Source of the DNA: a virus
Reading direction: 5' to 3' (one strand)
Virus record (IMG/VR): IMGVR_UViG_3300029787_000010
Location: 32,001 to 96,000 of that record
Length of the DNA stretch: 64,000 nt
Shown: positions 23,301 to 31,201 of the stretch, in pieces
How the letters are laid out: every line of letters starts with the position of its first letter
How positions within the stretch are numbered: the first letter of the stretch is position 1
Made by a program: the position numbers and the translations under genes
The notes under the pieces: model-generated
The model's input: the letters and a program-made list of their open reading frames with translations, nothing else
Database searches by the model: none
Told to the model about the DNA's origin: nothing

Positions 23301-26300
23301 CTACTAAAAGAAGAAACGATGCCTTTCGCACGCTTGTTTTTGATGCGTGCCAAATGTGGGTTGATAGATGGCCCTGCTCTAAACTCAACCGCACTGACAT
23401 ACTGTTTGAGCCCATAGTCAATGTTTCCACCCTGTGTCATGGCGTTCGCTCGGTCAAAGTAGAACGAATCCCGACCCTCATAACCTGCACTGGAGACTAA
23501 GGGGTTGTCAGCCACGCTTTGGTAATTGAGGTTTTCATTGTCAAGCGGTGGCATGACTTGCATGCCCACTTGAAACTCTCGTTTGAAGCCCGCTGAAAAA
23601 GCCCAGTTGTCATCAGCGGCAGCGTTCCCCGCCACTTCTAAATAGCCATTTGCAGTGTTGACCCCACTGTACATGACCCACTCACCATTAGCAGTGTACG
23701 CTGTCCGTAATCGCAAAGCGCCGTTGATGTTTGCCACAGTGACAGGTATTGATGATGGAGCGGGAAAGACCTTGTGATTCGTGACATAAACTCGGCGATT
23801 AGCAGCATCATATTCAGCACTGACAGTTGTGCCTTCTCGGTGGGTTTTGTCTACGACTGAAACAGAATAAGCACTGTGTAAGGCAGGGTCTTCCGGCGAT
23901 GTGCTCGTCGGTCGCCTCCCTACCGGATTCGGTGACCAAGAAGGAGCGGTATATGTAGCATCCAAATGCAACTTCATACTGTTGTCCGGTCCAACCAAAG
24001 CGTTGAAAAATTGGTCATGGAATAATGGAATCTCAACCATAGCACGAGTGCTGGCATACTGCGTGCCCAGTTGATAATCATGCTGAACGCTGTTCAATGA
24101 TTGGAACATACGGTCGTTAATTGTTGTACCATCGTGCACAACAGAACCCTCGTCAAACTTGTTATCCACATGTAAGTTATTGCCTACTGATATGCCAACA
24201 GCCGTTTTCCAAGCCGCAAAAGAATCCAATTCTCTTCCGTCAAAGTCCACGAAAGTGCCCAAGCCTCGTTGACCTGTACTTGAAGTAAAGGTAAATGCAG
24301 TTCCTGTCTTTGATGAATATGTAGCGTAAGCAAAAGCATTATCGGTACCAGTATCAGTGGAGACTGGTTGCTTGAAGTAAATACGCCCATTTTGAGGGAA
24401 GCAGTATGTGCCCCACGATGCCAAGTCAGTGGCGGCGTTGTTTAACGGAACAACAGTGATAGTGGTTGAGCCAAGTGCACTCACTTTAGTTACGCAATCT
24501 CGTCGCAGCGACCAGCCAAGGCGTGAAACAGCACTGGGACTAAAGGTGGGCTTTGTGTTGACAGCCCCTTGACCGGGACCGCCCATGGTCATGGTGACGA
24601 CAGGGGCACCGGGCATAATCTCCTTGACAACAAACGAGTCGGGCGCACCATCGCCTTTGACATTGACGGAGTTGGACAGTGCGTCAGCCACTAACCCATG
24701 TGCTCGCAAAGTAATGTCTTGTCCGTTCATGGACAACTGGAAATCCAATACTTTCCCACGGGACATGACATATTGTACAGCGACTTTATTGGGCGTTGTT
24801 GAGTCTTCCTCAAGCGTCAGCATTTTTGACAGTTGGTTGAAACGAGTGCGGTCATTGGGTTGAACAATAAGTCGTACACTTGCTCCTTGGCCACGATGAC
24901 TGACAATGTCAAACACTTCATTGATAGGAGTGCCTTGATTGCTGTTGCTACGAGATTGGCGTATGGGTTGGTAGAACAGTTCTTCTCTGTGAACAATCGC
25001 CGCTGTGCTTCCCGAAGAAATGGTGATACTGGTCGCTGATAATGCTGAAATCTCACCCAAATTTTGACCATGTAAACTGTAAAGCGGAACACCAACAGCG
25101 AACACAGTAGTAGCATCAACGCCACTGACGGTAAAGTTAGTAGTAGATGCCGCATAGCCACCTGCGTTATTGACGAGGACGCCTGTGCGGACACGACGAC
25201 CATGAGCAAACTTTGCTTTGAAATTACCATTGGAGTCAACCTCCGAACCAAGGTCTTCTACTTCGGACGGGGTTACAATCAATTTATGGAAGTAGGACGG
25301 ACGAGCGTTATCATCGTAGAACGCAGTGGGTATGATACTTGGTGCACTTTGTGGACTGTCCGATGAGTGAGACGGCAGGTAGTTTTTAGGTGATTTTGTT
25401 TCATCCAAAGCCCCTTCATGCAGCGTTCCTTCTGTGTCATCACCGATTAAGTCGCCGTCTTCAAAGTAAAAATCCGATGTTGCTCCAAACTCAATGACAC
25501 CACCGGGAGCGTAGAGAACAGCAGTGCCGGCTGCAATGTCCGTATGCATGATGTCCAGCACTCGTGTGCCCGAAGTCACCTCTACGCTGGCCTTGGGCAC
25601 GGTCTTGTTGACAATCAGTGCGCTGCCGTCAAGTGTTGTCCGTACAATAGCACCAGTCACTGCGGCTGTTTGGAAGGCTGAGGTGGGTGCCGAAGAAAAG
25701 GTAAGAGTGGCAGGTGAATGACTGATAGTCACAGTGATGGACGATGCTCCTGCAACTTCGGAGCCAATGAATACCTTGTCAGCCGTCGTTGTTCCTGTGT
25801 CCTTACCAAACGCTTTCGTGCTTTGTAAAGTGATGACATTGCTGCTGTAGTTTGCTGCCAAGCGACCTGTAGCAGCGTACTGCAAGCCCGTGCCACCGAA
25901 GTCAATCGCTTCGTAGTGAACTTGTACAAAGGGTGCATAATCGTGAGTGGCCAGTGTTGGGAGTTTAAGGATGGCAATACGAGGCTCCGACGAAGGTGTA
26001 AGGTGACGAGTATGCTCAGTTCCTGTCGGGTCCGTGTCCTGTAGACCTTTGAGTGCAAACGGCTCTGCATCAAATCCTGTGCCCCCAATAGCCAGTAGAC
26101 CACGCTTTGTGTCATCAATGCCAGCCATTCCATTTTCTACGACCTGTGTAGGGCTTGAAGTAAAGGTAGCGTGGCTAACTGAGAAATCACCAACTTCGTC
26201 ATGGAACGCTACTTCCGAGCCAGCCACGACGACATCTTTCAACTGACCATAGCGACCTGTAAAGGTGGCTTCCATAATTTGAGCAACGGCGTCTACTGAT

Positions 26301-27769
26301 TGTTCTACAAAGGCAGCACTTGCTTCGGGTAAAACACCCATAAAGGGGTGGCCAGCGACATGGTTGAGCGTGTGTCGCCCAGTATGTCCAATCAAGAACT
26401 TGTCATCCATCCGAGTCGTGGCCGAGAACTTGGTGTAGTCATTATCAGTGATAGCCATCGTTGTAGAGAACATGATGCCGTGATTTTGCAGGTCACTTTC
26501 ATCAATCAAAACTTGTCCTTGCCGGTGAGAAAATTGTGTTCCTGTTCCAACCTTTTGGTTCGGGTTGTCTTGACCCGCATCTACCAAACAATCCCCAGTC
26601 ACAATCACGCCAATACCTGCGCTGTGTGTCATCAATGCTCCACGACGACCCGTGCTGGCATTTGAAGCAAAGTCCAAATGAATGCTCTCTACAGTCATGG
26701 TCCCAGCAGAAGCATCTACCGCAGTGATGCGCATACGCTCGGGGGCTTCTCGGTTTGGAATACCAGTATCGTTGTCATAGCCCAACGGGTTGATAAGCAA
26801 GTTGTAAGGGACATGCGGTATTGAAACAGTAGAAGTCGTACCTCCGCTGTTTGTACGAGTCACAGCGTAATTACCAGTTGATTGGGGCGAAGTGGTCAAA
26901 GTAACTGATGACTCACCTGCCTTTCCAGTGAATGAGTCAACCAATGTTTGAGCAAGCGTAGTCCCAATGCTGATAGACGAAGACACACCTGTCTGCGCAG
27001 ATATGGAAGGTAGGTCAAGAACTGTCGTGAACGGCTCTACAGGCTCTTCAAATCGCCAAAGTCCAATTGTACTGTCACTCTTGATAGGCATTTCAAAACG
27101 AGAAGCAGCGTCGGAAGCCCCACGCATCCAGTGAATGGCTTCAATGACTCCACGATATTCACCTCCGGTACCGCCGATACTGAGGGTCGTAGGGTAGAGC
27201 ACAAGTTCATGGTCTTCTGTAAGTTGACGCTGTGCCACGACAGTACCGTTAATAGCCAGTGAAAGGACTCGCCGGTCAAAGGTCGCCGTGACCAGCATCA
27301 ATTCTCGGTGCCCCAAGTTAAGGGCCGTAAGGTCATTCTTCCCTTTGTCCTGCGCACTGAATGTGTCGTGTACATCGTCACCTGCTTGTGGAAAAGTAAT
27401 GCCGTCCCAATAAGCAATTTCGCCGTCGGGCCCGGACACACTTTTCGCAGTGCTCAGTGTAAATGTGTTGACAGCGCCGTTGTTGGCGTTTCGCAACTGA
27501 ACTTGGAAATGAGCCGGGCCCGGACTTGATGGGCTGCCGACAATGAGGCGGCAGATGTTTTCTTGTTCCCACACGATACCTCCCGAGTCGGGGATGACCC
27601 ACGCTTCAAGTGTAAACGAAGAAAGTGAATTGAGTGGTGACTGGTTGTTCAAATCACTCCCTTCGTGCAACTCACCGAAGTTGCTTCGGAAGTTCATGCG
27701 CGGGACAGTGACACCATCAGTGACGCCATTGAAGAAGAGAGCGTGACTTGGCTTCATCAATAACGACAT
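11309..27769 (-). CDS. Giant (~5486 aa) virion tail/adhesin protein: N-terminal LamG/ConA-like domain, repeated beta modules, beta-propeller-like insert
   Basis: Uninterrupted 16.5-kb ORF. FTLEAWV...IGG...GLWRFEE LamG signature; xDGTK propeller repeats near 13420-14370; TGATG coupling with the upstream gene. Confidence 0.8.
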   Translation of the reverse strand: MSLLMKPSHALFFNGVTDGVTVPRMNFRSNFGELHEGSDLNNQSPLNSLSSFTLEAWVIPDSGGIVWEQENICRLIVGSPSSPGPAHFQVQLRNANNGAVNTFTLSTAKSVSGPDGEIAYWDGITFPQAGDDVHDTFSAQDKGKNDLTALNLGHRELMLVTATFDRRVLSLAINGTVVAQRQLTEDHELVLYPTTLSIGGTGGEYRGVIEAIHWMRGASDAASRFEMPIKSDSTIGLWRFEEPVEPFTTVLDLPSISAQTGVSSSISIGTTLAQTLVDSFTGKAGESSVTLTTSPQSTGNYAVTRTNSGGTTSTVSIPHVPYNLLINPLGYDNDTGIPNREAPERMRITAVDASAGTMTVESIHLDFASNASTGRRGALMTHSAGIGVIVTGDCLVDAGQDNPNQKVGTGTQFSHRQGQVLIDESDLQNHGIMFSTTMAITDNDYTKFSATTRMDDKFLIGHTGRHTLNHVAGHPFMGVLPEASAAFVEQSVDAVAQIMEATFTGRYGQLKDVVVAGSEVAFHDEVGDFSVSHATFTSSPTQVVENGMAGIDDTKRGLLAIGGTGFDAEPFALKGLQDTDPTGTEHTRHLTPSSEPRIAILKLPTLATHDYAPFVQVHYEAIDFGGTGLQYAATGRLAANYSSNVITLQSTKAFGKDTGTTTADKVFIGSEVAGASSITVTISHSPATLTFSSAPTSAFQTAAVTGAIVRTTLDGSALIVNKTVPKASVEVTSGTRVLDIMHTDIAAGTAVLYAPGGVIEFGATSDFYFEDGDLIGDDTEGTLHEGALDETKSPKNYLPSHSSDSPQSAPSIIPTAFYDDNARPSYFHKLIVTPSEVEDLGSEVDSNGNFKAKFAHGRRVRTGVLVNNAGGYAASTTNFTVSGVDATTVFAVGVPLYSLHGQNLGEISALSATSITISSGSTAAIVHREELFYQPIRQSRSNSNQGTPINEVFDIVSHRGQGASVRLIVQPNDRTRFNQLSKMLTLEEDSTTPNKVAVQYVMSRGKVLDFQLSMNGQDITLRAHGLVADALSNSVNVKGDGAPDSFVVKEIMPGAPVVTMTMGGPGQGAVNTKPTFSPSAVSRLGWSLRRDCVTKVSALGSTTITVVPLNNAATDLASWGTYCFPQNGRIYFKQPVSTDTGTDNAFAYATYSSKTGTAFTFTSSTGQRGLGTFVDFDGRELDSFAAWKTAVGISVGNNLHVDNKFDEGSVVHDGTTINDRMFQSLNSVQHDYQLGTQYASTRAMVEIPLFHDQFFNALVGPDNSMKLHLDATYTAPSWSPNPVGRRPTSTSPEDPALHSAYSVSVVDKTHREGTTVSAEYDAANRRVYVTNHKVFPAPSSIPVTVANINGALRLRTAYTANGEWVMYSGVNTANGYLEVAGNAAADDNWAFSAGFKREFQVGMQVMPPLDNENLNYQSVADNPLVSSAGYEGRDSFYFDRANAMTQGGNIDYGLKQYVSAVEFRAGPSINPHLARIKNKRAKGIVSSFSSPTLVLKDGSDFPLDITANSNYAYRVRYYDTTASAFKHAHYNTRTGNSLALVSIDSGFNPPVGTEITLIDVHTTTSIFPEVNTNYFLNTAWANPYCPGGLRAGDTVWMNMHYTNPHATEGLFCKSRGTLNEGEVWEGFLGGEGDLATIPRSSLPLENFLIGNSCLETARNFVQHVNKTIEMNYESLGLSSAIPVVAYLDPYQSTEEHARVLLYDVAHDREFIAFQDLHMQVQSSPAAVKIGTDNEGSGAHDNDKRNSGIDVAAGFASQNKNLASSASSEFVEASMSHNSTWNANVAIGSHATGYHEQTPQVSSIMPRTQDATVDTSEANTLHQQMLKDTTEQATFFDTPDGTRVIPAFLSMKGIRSSTLDLSTHEEDRLQHLPHWTNMDFVRRLVIDLGEVGVKEGVTDIEAAAKEVVRLINQAGAKNGRTHARRPADQYLGEGERFDLGKGETSVNTGRIKDPAARHQRADFAATGSTHDPAPFWNKDTAFGSHDRGSHMGYMRAHLGRIVTDEDGKEGYSVVIHSTVPGASGRNFCVWLDASRAQTPYRPEFLIGHGGRFRNYWCQPNEKDGENMHPAPMPINRLGRPFAPITTLREYLPVEQTSDEYRNNLDFGPEIQSSVSLNTESTTEHATGRSANTVVDSNFEPKASGQVIVNGLRVGSQAIGRINFGGLTQAGIPGWAPDCSRWGYGPDGENVRFDHIYGDNEHIGTKQHGLVNQLAGSYIPDDEIRPDKIGDGQMYGIRLADHRGKSHTVRFVYRQFGEAFAGDLTHLPETLDDEIVIYFDDRDVGQGGFTVGKHMAGKGDVNGRYTAGTKSSFKGNLWNNYNSPAVGISISVEKDGSNDNLKFTLASPYDNGGSFTHTDILGYLGLPDSGLIQLNDMGSGNNGEVYYYTSRSHEGKAGIGGSNEHFLYGVKNIGSNYQSGKVTRIMSPRINFTCVLTDEVMAAAVNFAINMDDPNTDDVAATTFDCTGLYAPDGRTLGEWGVKPGAVRIKAYSSKDRVVPLNHLFESSLTPDLGIQASVADADLSASQINDSMRIDCGYLPKTLLTITTKFRGPNANTATPVLVNSQNNIVSTDLWRQNLRGDNFYRLPGDRIIPMVNSPMIEIATINTGTPHIETDNSNNELLFLALTPASNDSNSWGNQVVLWLGEENWARVQSTAGSTSHYHATIVSHSDDFLTTAVAGDILVKQNSIAKSRYLQGIRTKGSKHGEPFLYFRGGKPSPDRWVPLYFGGGFSGVTVDINDGTENDYSEFYTHPYADGPTGASGMQNVGEVAGSYALLDANAMLAMFPGTPYLNQHNGRNHMPFFNQDAMLSPDLDAGNNTNASSTGVTYAGGGFTVNCARPSPIVIRFGHPHARYDSTPQADDSTTYLVFGPGQAVPHNFASFEPQLSNIIETGNGYSAVPTNHPVSGLSLLPNIITHGDASIQGFGARLPPAKEYQKTNVQGFNFILNWEPTKGSPNATYYGQSAGEGRYYQSQLGASSPPANAHLMNEVFTNVAGVAMGHASLPTTHASGCVWHMDGGYHPGGHFLDNHIIRNIKHPKSTQRLATGSGTSQNPSVFRVASALAKAYLGTYGSEAAMDHTDNIFIIDATRCQNAEELAAVVATSINTFPGTEPLKAIGGTFLPSMQHAAKQDRYGWVTLDAVQNTGYTEHASGPTAATLTVTSAIPTTLPQYGWLRVSDGAVSGFAPYVSYTGATFTLGVNTITSNSNIVNPVSKAAIPSATFNGPNVKVYVWTKAGTHRYDNSNESINERTQVHFNGLMDAVDRTKPIGAVGWAGERYSYLNSLEVGTTSTFAAGLGAWHPFLGFSPYGSAESCIGSVSPHGSIDTITTLSSESCVHGLASRHLIAVTHESELPLIAKTDRDGIIAMGDWLDVKRSATLANAGTVAWNTGKVHNKDRYVSHATAGPHIEATMVNTTTSFPQKATSYPAVGTEAYWHSRVTAASHISRGDACHSPTGDLFWDKSIVPARANHEDSATYGVECTGVTTKIQYYSTSEGLYKYYNGRQAARNFLEEHVVWKRMDGGNLTLPASNARGLGMTPWVVRKDSSTYKTVGEKVLGNNRFSFETTNKAMMPLIQAQELSHPQLELNYPLVESALNIPNEELQFRSLQVVDDTGQEHRLEGGSPLGTIIYDFRHVSDRDLEGLAPSLAGDGVSPNMRIRLPLANEIPGNIIVRPGFDRIQGYQTETMGAGGIMHPLQGEGAVKDTFADTYTGPRLWPTWENNGWEHLSQDGSDVSNDRLAFPNSSTQGWQQHTDNASLKTAYEPHDRALHFHVTKMGATMTHRYDVDELTYSSFSGTEITVGSTPEAATWTDSNEQSSGRYFLRVYDPTTDKGVIASYTGVGTNKFTGVVYSPDFSSFVAGKTGLKVVPSYYMPAGSTRFFAARRLRDHAEYSGASPDMPTIDWPNVGTTPMTQLGTPKLTPMPIPRMGHHYVNATMAMMPGHYAHPAYQRLYDLHRAASAASVISVEEEFSDEGKRPHRDPLIWFSGPTASVSPSDIHGGAFTLLTETKLKFEGYGIAASIDANKTGGHSIVLEAAGTYTQNNHFPDPMEVGAYQIVIQPNLFKQQFNGYHRNGPANNVPDGSVIELTGQQVNTVIAIEHSTSGDGGYTLVLAEATMADVRGCEILLNELMLDIEPDAGSQFTNLPPLALYNPLGVEESASPAFSRRSLPYHPNMFVETTPGFTITVPWWAQLHKDGARAAAATYFRHLEWHTPDHYYQLNRATFGAVGAQITLAGYPTCYPDIYAEHFRIRSLNPNTRATAKDDSAKTITVTNAELFPVDPYYGEQLEYIDSNGERQLATYTHRVGTLAHATLGSPVQFAGVVNITPNFWTNLTVSGSGTIVKLTGPYANRFADEIYTDSNKSIVTRNLLQTYTGTRDTNSLHLPDAFLCMWHPNLGRPFTYYSDDGSRSFYTKAGDVDSPVLKKGLNNIPEHYETVHYNDFFYAASKGPFALGMNWLKPPYEETISYSLQAVSDSVGTTANRKGINFQQIHATTTWLTGMRVVGDDIIVSNRGNNNDYDTDNVFFSKIDIANTDGLYDQQSAGLGDSDLNSCDGFDIDPSGTKMIVTDFHGGGIRSATLASAFDVSSTFTFTGSKNLSSQTGIRAAAWNGDGTKYFVGYASTLRQFSTASPYIVASGDTEGTSASISASTISDILFNSDGTKMWLSGASGYVREYTLSTPYDTSTSSLDVTLDLRTYFLNKSASVSQSGSDTTPWVSGIDWSDDGTKLYVSTLWGVIDDSKMSNNPSPATVNGVDGASTTNRFPIMEISISTTSSVGGTGAIFTASQLDATSALSHQGGTIGSDKFNFAGYWPGGSRGGAGSSRLDGFLEALIGWGGKLFGVDCVSFRDNSGVDERTYAQMTSDSDDARNYCFGYRMAVRQPMNRPRWSPYVRGYLEVANSNALLGYYHGPFVQQDSKTDGWKAGTDYPASYAGILERLTQISALFNEDQLGRQVRYSDGRRMTKPFGCPVRVLRNPSTVRKMYAGDAAGKEIYELANAHRYYLVDWWGNTRGEDVRRFPVRGFGISPAWDPENAYTDGGRNDRPANRGLFASYDDRQSGNSNTVNNDATDMGTVDWFNPANSMRVGDRGDGRGVRWPTHFNESLLMDVSESIEPTGLVLSQPTSEPTIGKGLNRPRNDVLQAEEIERGISARLELDSEEGLLKPEAMVSESIETVSANTDMTDPVGADGVRIGLDVDTMSELNDGESQEYIIMSTEAHSLHSNRSVGQRITLRGAKDVGSQTLGHLDMTALSWSAQPVKGILKISDAHSMWSLGGTYIMDWSVRQGALSDEGWGKANTASTSNPYQDANHDPTDGKTNVSDSRIEFLVRPVRTLDKHHAQLFRGKRMLKTGSPQDGSNFYLATGGGKYGIYTSDAPSARTGTPSSPPYSPVYSIAPNTSVTASDSNGPKILGVDVTGYDKTDITNPVARIVMSENTLEHFRSDAARKEDFSVEPRYSQSLHPKGADGDTNFNTGDHSTE

Positions 27770-29064
27770 CAATTCACCCCTATTACATGGTCCGCACTGA
27801 CTACTTGTAAATCAAACCTGTAGTAGTTTTCCGCACCTTCTTTGCTCATGTGGAATGATTCGGGTATCACCGAAATGCCACCGCTATTGAGGGTCGCACC
27901 TCGCGCCGTAACCTTAGCCCACGCATCTCCAATGACATCGCCAATACCATCTATAGAAAAGCCAAACACATCTTCAATCACACTGGATTCGGGCTCACCT
28001 GTTTCTTCTTGGCCACTGCTGTCAAAAGCGCCGATGTCCATCGGCAGCGTACTCGGGCGAGTGTTGCGAAGCGAGCCCTTCTGCAAAGGAGACACTTTGC
28101 CCGCAGTGAGAAAAAAATTGCGTACAACAGGCGTAATGTCGTTTGAAGTGATGAGTGAGTTGTAGGGTATTTGGATGCCTCGTAAAAGGTCCTTGTCCTT
28201 TGTGCTATTCGCCAGCAAACCAAGCAAATTTTGGGCCTTATCACCTGCGCTCAAAACCTTACCTCCCAAGCCGTCCGAACTGGTTTTTTGAACTGCGATT
28301 GGGACCGGCCGACCTAATCCTGTATTCATAGCGAAAAACGGATTGTATCGCACAGCGTCGTTGACAAAGGTGTCCACCAATGTTAGCGTAGTACCCGAAA
28401 CGGAGTCATTGAAAGCATCAGTCACTTGCTTTCCACTCACGCCGTCCACGCTACTTGTTTTGGTAATTTCAGTGGTCAATTGAAGGGCATCCTGTACGAT
28501 AAGTGCTAATGTGCTGGCGGGGTTTGAGTTGGCTGAACTGTACATCACACCGCCAACCGGGACATCAATTTGCACTTTGCCTGTTTTTTCAGCCAAATTA
28601 AACGATGCGTTGACAGATGGTGTAGCGGAGCCGCCTGCACGGTTTGAAACAGAACTGTTGAATTGTAGGACTATGTAGTTGCCCGACAGAAGCGAAGCAC
28701 CACCATTTGGTGAGTTGTATCGCCAGTAGGCTGGCTGCAAGCCGATGAGCGAAGATTGTAGGTTGGTCTGTGTCGCAGTGTTTTGTACATTAACGACAGG
28801 TGTAGTTGTCGGCAATATGTTGGCGAAGTTCATGACGAGGGACGAAGGTGCAGAAGTAGTAAGGGCGCTCATAGGGTCGTCTTGAATGATGCCTTGTACA
28901 CTGATGACGATTTGGGGTATGTTGGTATCAATGGCTGCACGATAGGAACTGATAGGTACAGGGAATGCAGCCACTGTCCGCTCGGCCACGATGTTGATGT
29001 CGGTGGCGTCCACGAAGACCTCATGTCGGTCTTTCTCGCCAAAAATCAGTCGCAGCGGAATCAT
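27769..29064 (-). CDS. Distal-tail/baseplate-like protein, paralog 2
   Basis: Shares SAGDKAQxLLG..ANS, GIQIPY and RNFF.T with the upstream gene; lies downstream of the tape-measure position. Confidence 0.6.
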   Translation of the reverse strand: MIPLRLIFGEKDRHEVFVDATDINIVAERTVAAFPVPISSYRAAIDTNIPQIVISVQGIIQDDPMSALTTSAPSSLVMNFANILPTTTPVVNVQNTATQTNLQSSLIGLQPAYWRYNSPNGGASLLSGNYIVLQFNSSVSNRAGGSATPSVNASFNLAEKTGKVQIDVPVGGVMYSSANSNPASTLALIVQDALQLTTEITKTSSVDGVSGKQVTDAFNDSVSGTTLTLVDTFVNDAVRYNPFFAMNTGLGRPVPIAVQKTSSDGLGGKVLSAGDKAQNLLGLLANSTKDKDLLRGIQIPYNSLITSNDITPVVRNFFLTAGKVSPLQKGSLRNTRPSTLPMDIGAFDSSGQEETGEPESSVIEDVFGFSIDGIGDVIGDAWAKVTARGATLNSGGISVIPESFHMSKEGAENYYRFDLQVVSADHVIGVN

Positions 29065-29073
29065 CGTGGCACC

Positions 29074-30729
29074 TCACAGGATAAAGTCCGACGCAATCAT
29101 TTGTAGTCGGAAATTGTAAACATTGGATTGGGCTTGGTGTTCAAGTTGAAGGTCCGTGATAATCGCTTTGATACCTTTGGTTCTTGCACCATTTTGTGTT
29201 GAACTGAATGCGTCACTGGCTGGGTATGGGTTGCTGGAAGACAACTTGCTATCCGTTGATTTGCTCTTACCGTGTGTGATGAAAAAGTTGCGCTGCTCCT
29301 TTATCTCGCTGCTTGAAGTAGCGGAAGAATCGTATGGGATTTGAATGCCCAAGATGTAATCCCCCTTGTCGCTGGCTTCATAACTGCGTAAGTTCTCAAC
29401 AGCGGTCATAACTGCTTCGGAAAATTCGGAAGGAGTAGACGAATTGGGCTGAAAGTTTTGACTGTTGGCTACAATGCCAAGGAGGTCTTGCGCCTTGTCA
29501 CCTGCTGATTTGACCTTCTTACCAGCCCGACCACCAGTGAATCCAGTTGACTCAAACGACACAGCGTAGGGAATGTTGTCTTGAATGGTGCCTTCCAATG
29601 CCCCTAACTCTACATCGGTCTTCTGTGTAATCGTGAGGAAGGTTTGGTCCCCTCCAACTCCAGCAGATGTCACTGCCGAATAAACATCTCCGACTTCTTT
29701 CCCTCCAGCAGCGTCAACACTCCGACTGCACATTCCTCCGACATTGGTAGGCGAACTGCTGTTGAATGCATTCATTACGATGTGTGCCAAGACCTCACCG
29801 GGGTTGGTAGCAGTGCCTATACTACGGGCTGCTCCATTTTGGAAAGCGGGGGCCGTTTGGTCAAACATGTGATTGATTGGAATAACCACAACTGGCATGG
29901 TGTCATTCAAAATAGAAGAATAGGGGACATGAGTGGCTGCCAGTATTTTGACAGCATGGCCGTTTGTCGGCGTTGTGTTGGAATCGTTGAATAGTGTAAT
30001 GGTGTTGGAAGTGACGCTGCTGACAGCGCCGAAAAGGTTCGCAGCAGAACCGTTACCAGTTATAGTGAATGAGTTGGACTGAGCACCAGTGGTTTCAAAC
30101 CATTCACGCGGGTCCCCTCCAGTCACGGTAATGGTGCGAGTTGAACTATTATAACTGTCAACGACAAGGTTTGTCGTTCGGAAACGATTAACATAAGCAT
30201 ACGGCTCTTGGACAGAGCCACTTCGCCTGCTATCAAAGACGAAGCGAACATGACGACTTCCTACAGGTTCGTCTGTCTTGTACCAGTAGCCAACGGGTAA
30301 ATCAAAGTATTTCCCATGGAGATTATTGAGGTAAGCAAAATGAGTATTGCTGGGCGTAGTTGGTGGCATAGTCGGCAATAAAAATCCAATGTCTGCAAAG
30401 CGAGAGAATCCGGATTTAGTACCAGTTGAAGGAGGGAAAAGGTTCGTGTGCCCATTACCGGGAGGGTTAGCGAATGGAGCATCCGTACCAAAGTCCATCG
30501 TAGCCGTGGCAAACTCGGACTTCTCTTGCCCTTTGTCATCCACGAATGTTCCTTCCAACTCCAGCATGACAGCGGCCATGTTGAGGTCAATACCAAATTT
30601 CGCACCGTCCGTGAAAGGCGTTGTGATAGCCGAAGAAGTCCGGTCTACGACAAACTCCACCTTGTGAGCCAAGAGTTCAATGGTGTCACCATCCTCTCGC
30701 ACAAGTCGGACAGGCAATTGCTCTACCAT
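29074..30729 (-). CDS. Distal-tail/baseplate-like protein, paralog 1
   Basis: Same shared motifs; IDLN...LEGTF N-terminus and YNFRLQM C-terminus resemble tube-fold distal tail proteins. Confidence 0.6.
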   Translation of the reverse strand: MVEQLPVRLVREDGDTIELLAHKVEFVVDRTSSAITTPFTDGAKFGIDLNMAAVMLELEGTFVDDKGQEKSEFATATMDFGTDAPFANPPGNGHTNLFPPSTGTKSGFSRFADIGFLLPTMPPTTPSNTHFAYLNNLHGKYFDLPVGYWYKTDEPVGSRHVRFVFDSRRSGSVQEPYAYVNRFRTTNLVVDSYNSSTRTITVTGGDPREWFETTGAQSNSFTITGNGSAANLFGAVSSVTSNTITLFNDSNTTPTNGHAVKILAATHVPYSSILNDTMPVVVIPINHMFDQTAPAFQNGAARSIGTATNPGEVLAHIVMNAFNSSSPTNVGGMCSRSVDAAGGKEVGDVYSAVTSAGVGGDQTFLTITQKTDVELGALEGTIQDNIPYAVSFESTGFTGGRAGKKVKSAGDKAQDLLGIVANSQNFQPNSSTPSEFSEAVMTAVENLRSYEASDKGDYILGIQIPYDSSATSSSEIKEQRNFFITHGKSKSTDSKLSSSNPYPASDAFSSTQNGARTKGIKAIITDLQLEHQAQSNVYNFRLQMIASDFIL

Positions 30730-30730
30730 C

Positions 30731-31195
30731 TCAAATACCCCTGCTCACTCCACTGTTCTGCAACGAGCCGCCCATTTTGGAACGGAGTTGCTTAGACACC
30801 ATGGCCCCAAGTTCTTCTGCCAGTTTCTTCTTGTCACTGCGGTCAGTGATTCCGGAGACATCAATTTTGATAGCGCCGATGTTGACATTTTGGTTTTGTT
30901 CTACTGAGCCAGCCGGCTGATTTTGCGGAAGGGCATCGGTCTGCTGAGGAGGTCGGAACGCTGTCTGCTGTGCTTCTTCTAACACACCCTGCACATTGCG
31001 CATGGGCTCAATGCTTTGCATTTGGCGCAATGCCTCACGCAAATCACGAGTGCGGGTGTGTGAAACATTCATGATGCGATTGAATCCACTGAGTTCGTCT
31101 CGTAGCCGATTCATGTTTTTGGTGGAATCATCGCTGTATTCAGCGAAGCGACGCATGGAATCAACTGTGCGTGGGTCAAGGTTCTCGTCTACCAT
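30731..31195 (-). CDS. Very short tape-measure-like protein (154 aa)
   Basis: Occupies the TMP slot between chaperones and distal-tail genes. Helical N-terminus; TMP-like end QNVNIGAIKIDVSG...KKLAEEL. Confidence 0.5.
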   Translation of the reverse strand: MVDENLDPRTVDSMRRFAEYSDDSTKNMNRLRDELSGFNRIMNVSHTRTRDLREALRQMQSIEPMRNVQGVLEEAQQTAFRPPQQTDALPQNQPAGSVEQNQNVNIGAIKIDVSGITDRSDKKKLAEELGAMVSKQLRSKMGGSLQNSGVSRGI

Positions 31196-31201
31196 ACTTC
31201 A

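Noticed and set aside
11309-27769. Diversity-generating retroelement or nucleotide-level repeats in the giant gene
   Set aside because: No reverse transcriptase and no template/variable repeat pair noticed; repeats are visible only as degenerate protein motifs.
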